A DNA stretch of 64,000 nt from the human T2T-CHM13v2.0 reference genome, Homo sapiens, in the NCBI RefSeq assembly GCF_009914755.1, contig NC_060931.1; one strand, written 5' to 3'. Position numbers and translations under genes: made by a program. The notes under the pieces were generated by a model. That model was not told the origin of the DNA. It saw nothing but the letters and a program-made list of their open reading frames with translations, and ran no database searches. Of the stretch, positions 1-16,450 are shown piece after piece (within the stretch, counting starts at the first letter, position 1; the number at the start of each line of letters is the position of its first letter).

Positions 1-1194
1 CCAGCACTTTGGGAGGCTGAAGTGGGTAGATCACTTGAGGTCAAGAGTTAGAGACCAGCCTGGCCAACATGGTGAAATCCCATCTCTACCAAAAATACAA
101 AAAATTAACTGGGCGTGGTGGACACATCTGTAATCCTGGCTACTCAGGAGGCTGAGGCAGGAGAATTGCTTGAACCCGGGGGGTAGAGGTCGCAGTGAAC
201 CGAGATCATGTGCCACTGCACTCCAGCCAGGGCTACAGAGCAAGACTCCATCTCTCAAAAACAAAAAAAAAACCACAAAAATTAGCTGGGTGTGGTGGTG
301 AGCGCCTACAGTCTCAGCTATTCGGGATGCTGAAGCTGGAGAATCGCCTGAACCTGGGAGGTTGCAGTGAGCTGAGATAGAGTCACTGCACTCCAGCCTG
401 GGCGACAAAGTGAGACTCCATCTGAAACAACAACAACAACAAAAAACAATAGAATACAAAGAATTAATTAATACAGCAGTCCTAGTGGCCCCCATAGTGA
501 AATTCTAATGCCTTGCAGAGAACAGAATCAAATTGTCAACCTCTGTAGGCTATTCTGTATTCACAGATTCATTTGTAGAAGATGCATTTCATTACACGTT
601 GTGTTTTTAGCAGTTACAGTGATGGCATGTTCCTTGGCAACTTCAGCCTGGAGAGATGAGATTTGTAGCAGAAAGCACTCATCTGCATTTCTTGTCTTCC
701 ATCTCAAAGAGCAGTGAAGAGGCTGTAAGGCCGTCTGGTTTCCGAGGAACTTCAGCTTTACCCTCAGGCAGGTTCCACTGCTCCATCAGGCCTATGACAC
801 TGTTAGGGGCCCTGGAAACTGTTTTAATTAATTTTAAAATCAGAAGAAAATATGCATATAATAATAATGAATATTATGAGAATGAATCTAGACCAAATGA
901 TGATCCCTTACCCCCGCCCTTGTCCAGGTGAATGGAGAAGGCCATGCATGTGTCCTGAGCTGAGCCAGTCAGAGCCCCTGCCCCGGACCCCAGATGGAGA
1001 GGACAGCCTGCTCCAGGCAGCAGGATCTGGACAGTGAGTGCTGGGGAGTTCTGGGAGGCCAGGAAGGTGGAGGGGAGGCAGCCACGGGAGATTCCAGGGT
1101 GACAGCATGGCAGGCCAGGGTGAAAGCAAGTATAAAAGCCCCCAGGCAGGAAAATATCCGCATTCAAGCAGCTAAAGGCAGGCCCCGGAGGGTC

Positions 1195-1880
1195 CCCGGC
1201 AAGAATGGTGGAGGAGGCTGGAGATGAGATAGAGGCAGGGTTGGACCACCTGGGCCTTATAAGCCAGAGGGAGCTGAGGTTTTTTTTTTACTCCAATGAG
1301 CAGCTATTAAAGGGTTTTAAGGGAGGGAGTGACCAGATCTGATTTACATTTTAAAGAGATTAGCACTGTGGAAAGTGTACTGTGGAGGTGGGGCAAGAGC
1401 TGAGAGCCGCATAGAGAGCCCTGGATACTTCTGGACTCTGAATGGGGGGCCAGGCTTCAGCGATGTAGGTGAGGATGGAGACAGGTGGGTCCAAGAGGAC
1501 CTGTGGGTGGAGGGGCTGGAGGGGGAAAGGAAAGGCTGTTATCAAGGATAAATGGTGGTGATGGTCGTGCTGTTCTGCTCCTGAGCTGGGGAAGAAGGGA
1601 AGACATGAAGACTTCTGTTCAGACCCATTGAGGTACCCATGGCACACACACATGGAAGTGTGGAGAAGGCAGTGGAACATGTCAGTCTGGAGTGGGGGAC
1701 ACAGGTCAGGGCTGAACGCCCCAGGATGCTGGAAGTGTGGGTGGCATCAGTGCACAACTCGTGTTTGAAGCCGCAAATCTCTGAGTTAGGGAGGAAATGG
1801 GAATGTGCTGTGACCCAGAAACTCAGAGGAAACTGCCCTTGTTGAGTCCCTGCTGAAGACAGAATGAAGACAAGACAGAG
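1195..1880 (-). mobile_element. Degenerate L2 fragment (further piece about 4215-4450)
   Basis: Purine-rich text typical of antisense L2 (e.g. gggttttaaggg...gaccagatctgatttacattttaaagagat, gtggaacatgtcagtctggagt). Confidence 0.55.
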
Positions 1881-1906
1881 AAGGATCCTTTCTTTTTTTT
1901 TTTTGA

Positions 1907-2011
<105 letters not shown>

Positions 2012-2684
2012 TGAATAGCTGGGATTACAGGTGCCCACCATGCCCAGTTAATTTTTGCATTTTTAGTAGAGATGGGGTTTCGCCATGTTGGCCAGGCTGG
2101 TCTCTAACTCCTGACCTCAGGTGATCCGCCCTCCCAAAATGCTGGCATTACAGGCGTGAGCCACCGCGCCCAGCGAGAAGGATCCTTTAGATCTGGTAAT
2201 GCAAGTGGCTCCTGACTTTGACCAGAGCCCTCTGGGTAGAGGGAGGAATCTGGAAGTCAAATTGGGATGGGAAGGAAGAGTAAAACAGCACGATCACCAG
2301 TGCCTGGCCTCATCCCTGCCTGGGCTCTGGACTAAAAAACAGCTATGAGCCGGGTATAGTCCCAGCTACTTGGAGGCCAAGGCAGGAGGATGGCTTGAGC
2401 CCAGGACATTGAGGCTGTGGGTGAGCTACAATTGCACCACTGCATTCCAGCCTGGGTGACAGAGCAAGACCCTATCTCTGAAATAAAAAATATTTATACT
2501 TAAAAAAAATAGCTATATAGGACATTTTGGGGGCAAATGGGGAAATTGGAAAATGGACTCCATATTAAATAGTACTTTTTTTTGTTGAGACAAGGTCTCA
2601 CTCTGGCATGCAGGATGGAGTGTAGGGAGCTCACTGCAGCCTCAACTTCCTGGGCTCAAGTGATTCTCCAGCCTCAGCCTCCTA

Positions 2685-3128
<444 letters not shown>

Positions 3129-3314
3129 TTAACCGGCTGTGGTGGTGCATGCCTGTAATCCCAGCTACGTGGGAGGCTGAGGCAGGAGAATCACTTGAAA
3201 CCCAGGAGGCAGAGGTTGCAGTGAGCTGAGATTCGCCATTGCACTCCAGCCTGGGCAACAAGAGCAAAACTCTGTCTCAAAAAAATTTAAATAAATAAAT
3301 AAATAAATAAATTA

Positions 3315-3986
<672 letters not shown>

Positions 3987-4813
3987 TCACGAGGTCAGGA
4001 GATTGAGACCATCCTAACACAGTGAAACCCCGTCTCTACTAAAAATACAAAAAATTAGCTGGGCATGGTGGCGGGCGCCTGTAGTCCCAGCTACTCGGGA
4101 GGCTGAGGCAGGAGTGGCATGAACCCGGGAGGCAGATCGCGCCACTGCACTCCAGCCTGGGCGACAGTGAGACTCCGCCTCAAAAAAAATTTTTTTTTAA
4201 TTTTAATTACAAAAAGGAAGGGTGACTAGCAGGGTCAGGAGAAAGTTTCATACAATTGATAAATTTTTTGAAGAATGGGAGCATGAGTGTGTTGAAAGCA
4301 ATGCTCATGGAAGGGAGGAGGAGAAGGTGATTATGTCAGCCAGGGGTGAGAGGTGCAGGGCAGAATCCTGGAGGAGCAGGTGGATGGCCCAGAGTGAGGG
4401 CCTGGAGGGTGGCCTTTGCCCAGTGTGGGCGGCCACACGTCAGACGGGCAACTTGGTGGAGGGCGTTCCTGTCTGATGACTTCCCCTCTCTCCTCTACGT
4501 AGGATATGAGGCTCTCTGCTAAGAAGGGCCAGGAGAGCAATGGGGAGGTTCCCGCAGGGAAAAACTGGTGAGGTTTGTGGGTTTGTGTTGACGATCTGGG
4601 TGAAGATTGTTTATTGGTTTAGGGAGGGAGACAAGAGGAAAGATTAAGTCCCCACACCTCCAAGACTCAGTTTCTCCATCTGTAACATGAGGAGATTGAA
4701 CTAGGAGATCTCAAAGGACTCTGAACTCCTGTACGCTCATGGTCCCTTTAGGAAGTGATGGGAAGCATATACTGAATAGCACGAGCCTGGGTTATTTAAG
4801 AATTAAGGATAGC

Positions 4814-5204
<391 letters not shown>

Positions 5205-5348
5205 AAGAATTAAGGATAGCTAGTAAAAACTAGACAATTGCCTAAGAGGTTTCTAATTGAGGATTAAAACCAATAAATACAAGAAGGCCAGGCATGGTGG
5301 CTCATGCCTGTAATCCCAGCACTTGGGGAGGTTGAGGTGGTCAGATCA

Positions 5349-5714
<366 letters not shown>

Positions 5715-5821
5715 TTAGGAGAGTGAGACAATCCTGGCTAACACGGTGAAACCCCGTCTTTACTAAAAATACAAAAAATTAGGTGGGCGTGGTGGTGGGC
5801 ATCTGTAGTCTCAGCTACTCA

Positions 5822-6449
<628 letters not shown>

Positions 6450-6872
6450 TCACACAGCATGAAGTGAAACAGCACATCAATGTGATGAACACGGTTAACA
6501 CTGAAGAAACCTGTATGTGCGAGCAAATATAGCGTGAAAGAGTTCAGGGATTTCTTTCTTTCTTTCTTTTTTTTTTTTTGAGACTGAGTCTCACTCTATT
6601 GCCCAGGCTGGAGTGCAGTGGCATGATCTCCGCTCACTGCAACCTCCCACCTCCCAGGTTCAAGCGATTTTTCTGCCTCAGCCTCCCAAGTAGCTGGGAC
6701 TATTGGCACGTGCCATGATGCCCGGCTAATTTTTGTATTTTTAGTAGAGTCAGGGTTTCACCATATTGGCCAGGCTGGTCTCAAACTCCTGACCTCATGA
6801 TCTGCCCACCTCGGCCTCCCAAAGTGCTGGGATTACAGGCAGGAGCCACTGTGCCCGGCCGTCCTGTTTTTT

Positions 6873-6873
<1 letters not shown>

Positions 6874-6907
<34 letters not shown>

Positions 6908-6917
6908 ACGCGCGCGT
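6874..6917. repeat. (GT)n microsatellite extended by CACGCGCGCGT, forming an Alu tail
   Basis: Direct reading: about 16 GT units, then continued purine-pyrimidine alternation. Confidence 0.95.
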
Positions 6918-6921
6918 TTGA

Positions 6922-7029
<108 letters not shown>

Positions 7030-7068
7030 TAGCTGGGATTATAGGCATGTGCCACCACGCCTGGCTAA

Positions 7069-7221
<153 letters not shown>

Positions 7222-7659
7222 TAAAGGGACAGGGTCTCCCTCTTTCACCCAGGCCGTAACCCTGAACTGCGAGGCTCAAACGATCCTTCTGCCTTAGCCT
7301 CCCAACTCCCAAGTAGCTAGGACTACAGGTGCACACCACCATGCCTGGCTAATTTTTAAATTTTCGGTAGAGATGGGATCCTGGTATGTTGCCCAAGCTG
7401 GTCTCAAACTTCTGGCCTCAAGTGATCCTTCTGCCTCAGCCTCCCAAAAGTGCTGGGATTACAAGCATTGTGCCACAGTGCTCGGCCAACAATAGATTTA
7501 TAATATCACTGAGGGCAGGGATTGTGAGTCATCATCAGCTCCCCAGTGACTGGCAGCATGCCAGGAATGGGGGAGGTGAGAGAAGGAAGGAAGGGAGGCT
7601 TCTCGGCCTGACAGTTCAGCCAAGTGCAGGCACTGTCATGTTCATGGCCACCAGGCACC

Positions 7660-7860
7660 TGCCAACGACCAGGCTCTGTGCTGCCCACTTTACACAGATG
7701 GTCTCACTTGGCCTTGATGACAACCTGTGGAAGTTGGTATTATTTACTCCAAGAGGAAACTAAAGGCAGAGAGTTTAAATAACTTGCCAAAAGTCACATG
7801 GCAGAATCAGGATTTGAGCTCAGATATGTTAAACTGAAGCTTGTGCTCTTGACTGCCTGG
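7660..7860. mobile_element. MIR element (others at about 11790-11955, 42330-42560 and 48450-49030)
   Basis: MIR core-like gaggaaactaaaggcagagagtttaaataacttgccaaaagtcacatggcag...ggatttgagctcag. Confidence 0.7.
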
Positions 7861-8570
7861 CTGTGCAGTCTTCCAGAAGAGCACGGCATGGACTTCTGGA
7901 ATTCTTGCAGCCACTCGACTCAAAAGCAGTTAGCATAGTGCTGAGCACAGGTAATAGGGCATTTGACAAATGCCAGTGACTGTAGACCGAATGATTGACA
8001 GTCTGAAAGAATGAATGAGTGAAGTGACTTCCTGTCTTGTGAGGTCTTTCTCTTCAAATGGAAGATTTCCCCATAGCCTTTGAATGCTCAATCTAATTAA
8101 GGCAAAAAGACATCAGAGAATTGCAGGGCCTTTCCTTTATTAACTGTCAAGTCCAATCTGGAGGCTGGTTACGTGCCAAGGTCAGAGATCAGTCTTTAGC
8201 TGCTCTCCTCTCATTCATCTGGCCAACCTCAGAACATAAAGTTTATTGATGCAAAACTGATTGGCAGGCTGGGCTAACGAGCTGGCGGGAACAGGGAGTA
8301 TCAGAAAGAGTTCTAAGCCAGCGTCGGCTCAGCCCAGCTCCTTTGCTGTCCTAACTTCCCTGTGCTCTAGGTTGCAGGGTCGCACCTTTCAGAAGTGAAC
8401 CCCAGAAGAGTAGCAAATGCTGCCTGGCCTTTTGGCAGTTCTTATGGAGCCCAATCAAGAGCTGGAGGGGAAGCAGTCCTTTTTCCTGGTTTTGTCTATT
8501 AATGTGGAAAGAGCGAGGCATGGAAGATTAGGTAGTATAGTCTTTTTTTTTTTTTTTTTTTTTTTTTTAA

Positions 8571-8738
<168 letters not shown>

Positions 8739-9169
8739 TAGTAGAGACAGGGTTTCACTGTGTTAGCCAGGATGGTCTTGATCTCCTGACCTCGTGATCC
8801 GCCCGCCTCAGCCTCCCAAAGTGCTGGGATTACCGGCTTGAGCCACCTCGCCCAGCAGTATAGTCTTAAGACTTCACAAATCAAAGCAATTCCCATGTAA
8901 GCCTCGTCAGGCCTGGGGGTTGTGAAGAGGAAGGTAACTGTTATGCCTACAGTTTGCAGCCAACCCATCAGTAAGCAGCGCCTGTCTGTGGGGAGCTCCT
9001 GGCAGTGCCTCCTCCTCCATGCCCAGCAGGAAAGAGGCTGGGAAGGATGCATGGGCCACATGCCTGGCTCTACTTGCAGTGCCCCCAGGATAAAAGCCAG
9101 GAGGCCGGCCAGGCACGGTGGCTCACGCCTGTAATCCCAGCACTTTGGGAGGCCGAGGCGGGCAGATCA

Positions 9170-9361
<192 letters not shown>

Positions 9362-10164
9362 CTAGGCAATGGAGCAAGACCCCGTCTCAAAAAAAAAAAA
9401 AAAAAAAAAAAAAGAAAAAGCCAGGAGGTGGGCAGTCAGGAGAGGCAGGTGGACCCGGGAGCTGTGGCTTCTTCTACTCAAGATAGGGAAAGTACAACTC
9501 CCCTGGTTATTATCAGGACCAATTGATTTTGCCTGATCTGAGAAAACATCCTGACCACAGGTCACTTGAAATGCCCTGTAATTCAGAAACAGTGGCTGTC
9601 CACAGCAGACAGCTATCTGGATTTAAGACCCCAAATTCACACACCACACCACAAATTGTCCACTTACAAGCAAAAAATAACTAACAGCCAAGCCCCCAAC
9701 CCACTCTCATTTTATTCCCTTGGTTCCAGGTCTCCTCTGAGCAGGTCATGTCTCCCGGTGTGTTTGCGTACAGGCTGTGGGGCTGGGGGGAAGGAGTCTT
9801 TTTTCCTCTTACCCCAGGCAGGACTGGCTCCAGGTTGCACAGAGCTCCACAGAGAAAACTGCTCACTGCAGAGAAGGGCAGGGTCCAGCCCAAGCTCTAC
9901 TCTGATGAGCTCTGAGATCAGGGGTGGTGACTTCATCTTCTATCTATGGCTTGGAACAATGATGATGACCATGACCCTCCGGTTTCAGTTCAGTCAATGA
10001 ATGGGGAGCAAATTGCTATTGTCAGGCACTAGGCTAGGGAGGTGATTCAGAAAGGCTCCCAGAGACCCACACACCAATCACTAAACTAATATAACACGCT
10101 AATGCTACATCTACAGTAGGGATAAAGTGTTTTAGGTACACAAAGAAGGGAGTTGAGAAAAGCT

Positions 10165-10350
10165 TCAGAGGTTTTCAAAGTGGTTTCCAGACCATCATCA
10201 GCCAGCCTCACCTGGAAAGTTGGTAGAAATACAAATATCAGCCCCACCCCAGACTGGCTGAATCAAAAATTCTGGGGGTGGGGCCCAGCAATCTGCGTTT
10301 GAACAAGCCCTCCAGGTGATTATGATGCAACCTAAAGTCTGAGAATCACG
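10165..10350. mobile_element. MER5A (hAT-Charlie) DNA transposon fossil
   Basis: Characteristic gggtggggcccagcaatctgcgtttgaacaagccctccaggtgattatgatgca, with near-palindromic ends. Confidence 0.8.
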
Positions 10351-10351
10351 T

Positions 10352-10512
10352 AGAGGTTGGAAAACTACCTTGCAACCAGCAACCTGTTTTTGCAAATAAA
10401 GTTTTATTGGAACACAGCCATAATCCATCATTCAGATATTGTTTGTGGCTACTTCCCTTTTAACCAGCAGAGTTGGTAGTTACGACAGAGACAATATGGC
10501 CTGCAAAGCCTG
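10352..10512. mobile_element. MER58A-like hAT DNA transposon fossil
   Basis: cctgtttttgcaaataaagttttattggaacacagcca...agagacaatatggcctgcaaagcct. Confidence 0.75.
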
Positions 10513-10696
10513 ATTCTGTCAAATGACTAGACTAGATTTCCCATACTAGGGAGCATAGCCTAGATTTTTTTTCTTTTCTTTTTTTTTTTGAGACAGAATC
10601 TCACTGACACGCAGGCTGGAGTACAATGGTGGGTTCTCAGCTCACTGCAACCTCCACCTTCTGGGCTCAAGTGATCTCCCAACCTCAGCCTGCTGA

Positions 10697-10993
<297 letters not shown>

Positions 10994-11040
10994 TGATTCG
11001 CCCGCCTCGGCCTCCCAAAGTGCTGGGATTACAGGCATGA

Positions 11041-11259
<219 letters not shown>

Positions 11260-12222
11260 TAGTAGAGACTGGGTTTCATCTTAGCCAGGATGGTCTCGAT
11301 CTCCTGACCTCGTGATCTGCCCGCCTCGGCCTACCAAAGTGCTGGTATTACAGGTGTGAGCCACCGCGCCCGGCCTAAAAGACATAAGTTTGCATGTTGC
11401 CCAGGCTGGTCTCGAACTCCTGGTGTCAAGTGATCCACTGCCTCGGCCTCCCAATGTGCTGGGATTACAGGCGTGAGCCACCACACCTGGCCTCTTTTTT
11501 TTTTTTTTTTAAGAGACAAGGTTTCAATATATTGCCCAAGCTAGACTCAAACTCCTGGCCTCAAGCAATCCTCCTGCCTCAGCCTCCTAAGAGGCTGGAA
11601 CTACCGACAGGTGCACACCACTACGCTTGGCTCCTGTCTATGGCGGAGGTTGCACTGAGCAGAGATTGTGCCATTGCACTCCATCCTGGGCGATAGAGTC
11701 AAACAACAACAAAATCCCCTTAAGGCTCTTTCCTAGCAACCAAACGTTTTTCCATTTTGTTAGGAATGGGAAGAAGAGAGGAAATAACTGGCTAAGTAAC
11801 TACTCTACATCAAGCACGGTTACAAGGCATTTTCCACCATTATTTCAATTTTAATGAAAGCTGCTCATGAAATTAGGTTTACTGGGTCACAGTTTTCAGA
11901 TGAGGAACCTGGGACAGGTGAAGGGACAGAATTGGAACCTAGTTCTGTCACCATAGATGCCCCACCTGTTCTACACTGGCCTGTCAAGAATAACAATAAT
12001 AATTATTATTATTTTAGAGACAGAGTCTTGCTCTGTTGGCCAGGTGGATTGCAGTGGCACGACCTCGGCTCACTGAAACCTTCGACTCCCAGGTTCAAGC
12101 GATTCTCCTGCCTCAGTCTCCCGACTAGCTGGGATTACAGGTGCCCGCCGCCACGCCCAGCTAATTAAAAAAATATTTTTAGTAGAGATGGGGTTTCACC
12201 ATGTTGGCCAGGTTGGATCTCA

Positions 12223-12554
<332 letters not shown>

Positions 12555-12993
12555 TGATCCACCCACCTCGGCCTCCCAAAGTGCTGTGATTACAGGCATG
12601 AGCCACCGCTCCCAGCCTTAAATAATTACTTTTATTTTATTATCATTATTTTTGAGACAGGGTCTCACTCTGTCACCCAGAATGGAGTGCAGTGGTGCCA
12701 TCTTGGCTCACTGCAACCTCTGCCTCCCGGGTTCAAGCGAATTCTCCTGCCTCAACCTCCCAAGTAGCTGAAAGTACAGGTACGTGCCACTATGCCGAGC
12801 TAATTTTTGTATTTTTAGTAGACACAGGGTTTCACCATGTTGGCCAGGCTGGTCTCGAACTGCTGGCCTCAAGTGATCCACCCGCTTTGGCCTCCCAGAG
12901 TGCTGGGATTACAGGCGTGAGCTACTGCACCCAGCCTAATTACTTTGAAAAATGGGATCACAGGCCAGGCGCGGTGGCTCATGCCTGTAATCA

Positions 12994-13239
<246 letters not shown>

Positions 13240-14599
13240 TCACCAAAATAAAATAAAAAAAAATAAAAAGATCCTCTAGCCCAAATCCCTCCAACACAGA
13301 AGCAGTCGGAGAAGCTTGAAAAGGTTAGATGATAGGCCCATGTAGCTTGTCTGTGGAAAGAGCTAGGCTGCAAGACACCTCTGACTCCGTTGAGTGCTTT
13401 CTCTTACTCTCCTTTCCCGATTTAAGACATTAAATCATTTAAGACATTAAATCATTTAAGACAGTGTCATTTGGTCGGGCGCGGTGGCTAACGCTTGAAA
13501 TCCCAGCACTTTGGGAGGCTGAGATGGGCGGATCACCTGAGGTCAGGAATTCGAGACCAACGTGGCCAACATGGCAAAACCTCGACTCCACCAAAAAAAA
13601 AAAAAATTAGCCGGGACTGGTAGCGCGTGCCTGTAATCTCAGCTACTCAGGAGGCTGAGGCAGGGAGAACTGCTTGAACCCGGGTGGCAGAGGTTGCAGT
13701 GAGCCAAGATCGCACCACTGCACTCCAGCCTGGGCGACAGAGAGAGACTCTGTCTCAAAAAAAAAATTTTTTTTAAAAAGACAGTGTCATTTGATGGAGT
13801 TGCTTTCTTGATCGTTGGCTGCAATGAAAGACCTAGCCTCACTGTCTTTTGTGTTGCCTTGGACCGGCTCTTAGGTTCTACTGCCCTAACAGGCAGTGGA
13901 GGCTGGCCTCGAGTGGTAGTCATCCATCTTGCCCTCTTTTCCTACCCTCTACCCCCAACCCCCGAGCTGCTCTCCTGTCTCCTTCCAACACTGTTCTCTT
14001 TGGGAATATGCATGTCCAACTTCCCAAGCAGTCTGGGATCTGGAGTAAGATGACTCTTGGTTTAATGGAGTTTTTCCACAGTGCTTGCATGTGCCCCAAG
14101 GGTTTGGAAGGTTGGAGAACTAACAAAAAGCAAAGCGCCATCCTGTGTCGTTTCGGCAGGTCTGTGTTCTGTTAAAATATGGAAGAATTAACAGAAGAAC
14201 GAAGAAATAAGGGCAGAAACTCCACAGGGGAGTACTTGTCTAACCCTGAAAAAGTTCAAGGCTGTTGTTCAAGGTCTGAATTTTTCCCTTGAGATTTGCT
14301 TGTAGTCCTTAAAGTCATCTTCAGATCTATCTGATCAAGGCAGCATCCGCGGAAAATTATAAGGTGGGTGGCTGCACTGGAGCCTGTCCTGGCTCAGGGG
14401 AGCCAGTGAAGAGTGATTTTTTTCCCTTGGCGTTGGGGGATCAGAGGGGGTGCCCTCTGCTATGCAGGAAGCCCTCCTTGCCCACTAGATAGTTGTCATT
14501 CCTCAGGAGATACTCTGTGAGGGGCCGGTGTGTTTTCTCCATCTTGGCACTTACCCTCAGACCCTCCTAAATACCCGGGAGGGCCGTGTTTTTCATCGG

Positions 14600-16450
14600 A
14601 GGTTGAAATGGAACCTCCCCCTGGGTGCCCGGGGAGAGTACCTTGGGGGCAGCGCCCCTCCTTCCGGAGGGCAGCATCCCGGCGGGGGCGGGGGCTCGGC
14701 TTTGATGCCAGGGCACCTTTTGTCCCTGGAGACGCTCTGCCAGCCAGGTGCGTGGAGGGAGTGCAGCCCGCCCTCCGGGGCGACGCGCGGGGCTGGGGCG
14801 GGCCGGCGGCTCCGGGGAGTGGCGGCCGGGAGCCCGCGAACGCGGGTGGGCGCCGTCGCCTCACTAACCGGGCGCCTCCGGGAAATCCGGGCGGGGTCCG
14901 CCGCTCGCACATAGGATTAGCGTCCTCTAAACTCCATCCCTGGGAAAAGCCGCCGCACTTCTCACCCAAACTCGCGGAGCCGAAGGGTTGGGCAGGGGTT
15001 GGGCGGGCGCGGGGGCCGCCGAGGCGGATCCGGGAACGGGTGGACCCGGGCGGCCAAGCCTCTTCAGCGCCGGCCCAACCGCCCCGGCCCGGGCCAGTCC
15101 AGCGGGGCGGGGGCTGGTGACACAAAGGCGGCGGCGGGTCCTCCGGGCCTCCGACCTCGGGCAGTCGCAGGGCGCCCCGGGCCGCCTGACCTTCCCTGGC
15201 GTCGCGGCCCGTCAGCCGGCGCCGCCCGTCGCCCGCCCTCAGCCGTCCGGCGAGGTGCGGCCTCCTCAGCCGGCGCGGGGTGCCCTGGTTAACCCCTGCC
15301 CGGCAGCGCGGCCGCTGATTGGAGGAGGCGGGGCGCCGGGGCAGCGGGGACCCCCCGACTCCGCACTTTCCTCGTCCCCTCCCCCTCCTCTCCCACTGTC
15401 GGCGCTTCCCCCACCCCCCAGGACCCCCCCTGCCTCCCAGCCGTGCAAATCTCGCGAGGAAACACGCGGTTTCACTAGTGTGTTTACACCGATCAGTACT
15501 AATCCGGACCGAACCGATCCGGATTAAGGGGCCGGAGGCGGGTCCTGGGCACCAGCGGTTCCGACCCACCCCGGCCCTCCGCGCCGCACCCGAGTGGCCC
15601 CCAGCCGAGCGGGCCCCCACCTCCTGGCCCGGCCTGGGCCCTTCTGCGCCTCCCTTGGCCTTTGTCCAGCGCCAGGAGGCCGGTCCCGCGCCCGCGTCGG
15701 GCGCCTGGCTCTGTACGCGAGCCCGGGGATCTGCGGCCTTCGTGCCCCCCCTCCCCCGCCCGCCCTTTCGTGGAGCCCGGCGCAGGCGGCTGCTGCCCGG
15801 GCGGGGGGTTGCGGCGCTCAGGGGAGGCCCCGGCTCCGCCCCGGGCCTGCCCAGGGGGAGAGCGGAGCGGCCCGCAGCCGGGTCGGGTCGGGGCCCCTCC
15901 CGGGAGGAGCGTGGAGCGGCGGCGGCGGCAGGTGAGAGGCTGAGCCCCGGGCGGGGGAGGGCGCCAGGCCTGGGGCATTAACCGTCCCGGGGACCCCTTT
16001 GGCCTGAGGAGCCTGCGACCTGGGCCCAGCTCGGTGTCGGCTCCGGACCGCAGCTCCTGGGCGCTGAGGCGGGAGGGGCTCCCTGAGGGCTGCGGGTCGC
16101 TGAGGGGCCGGGCAGAAGATGGGGGAGGCCCAGGCGGCCCCGGCCTGGGATTGGGGCCGGCGGCCGGAGGAGAGACTGGGGCCCCTCGGCAGCTGGAGGC
16201 CTCGGCAGCCTCCCGGGCGCCCCCGAGAGCCGGCCCTCCCTTCCTCCGTGACAGGTGGGCCTGGAGTTGGGGAAAGTTTGGAGCCGGCGAGGGGCGCCGG
16301 GACCAGGCCCCATCGCTCCTGCTTCCTGGCTGTGGGCTGCAGGGAGGATCCCAGTCCAAGGCCCCGCTGGAATTAGACGGAGTGGCTATTTCCTTAACAT
16401 GAGTTGGCATTAAACGGAATAACCGCCGGGGCGTCATTTTCCGGGCCGGG
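14600..16450. promoter_or_regulatory. CpG-island promoter of the TLK2-like gene
   Basis: Very GC- and CpG-rich, repeat-free. Contains an inverted CCAAT (ATTGG 15318-15322) next to a GC box (15325-15335) and a CGCG/BANP-type element TCTCGCGAGG (15450-15459). Confidence 0.9.
15600..15931 (+). other. TLK2: Non-coding exon 1 of the TLK2-like gene (5' boundary approximate)
   Basis: (GGC)n-rich leader ending CAG|GTGAGA, with the donor at 15931/15932 inside the CpG island. Matches the recalled TLK2 5'UTR end. Confidence 0.7.

Noticed and set aside
629-641. RFX X-box-like GTTCCTTGGCAAC
   Set aside because: A single short motif with no supporting context; could be chance.
6482-6504. GTGATGA...CTGA resembling C/D snoRNA boxes
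   Set aside because: The boxes are only 12 nt apart, with no terminal stem or guide region.
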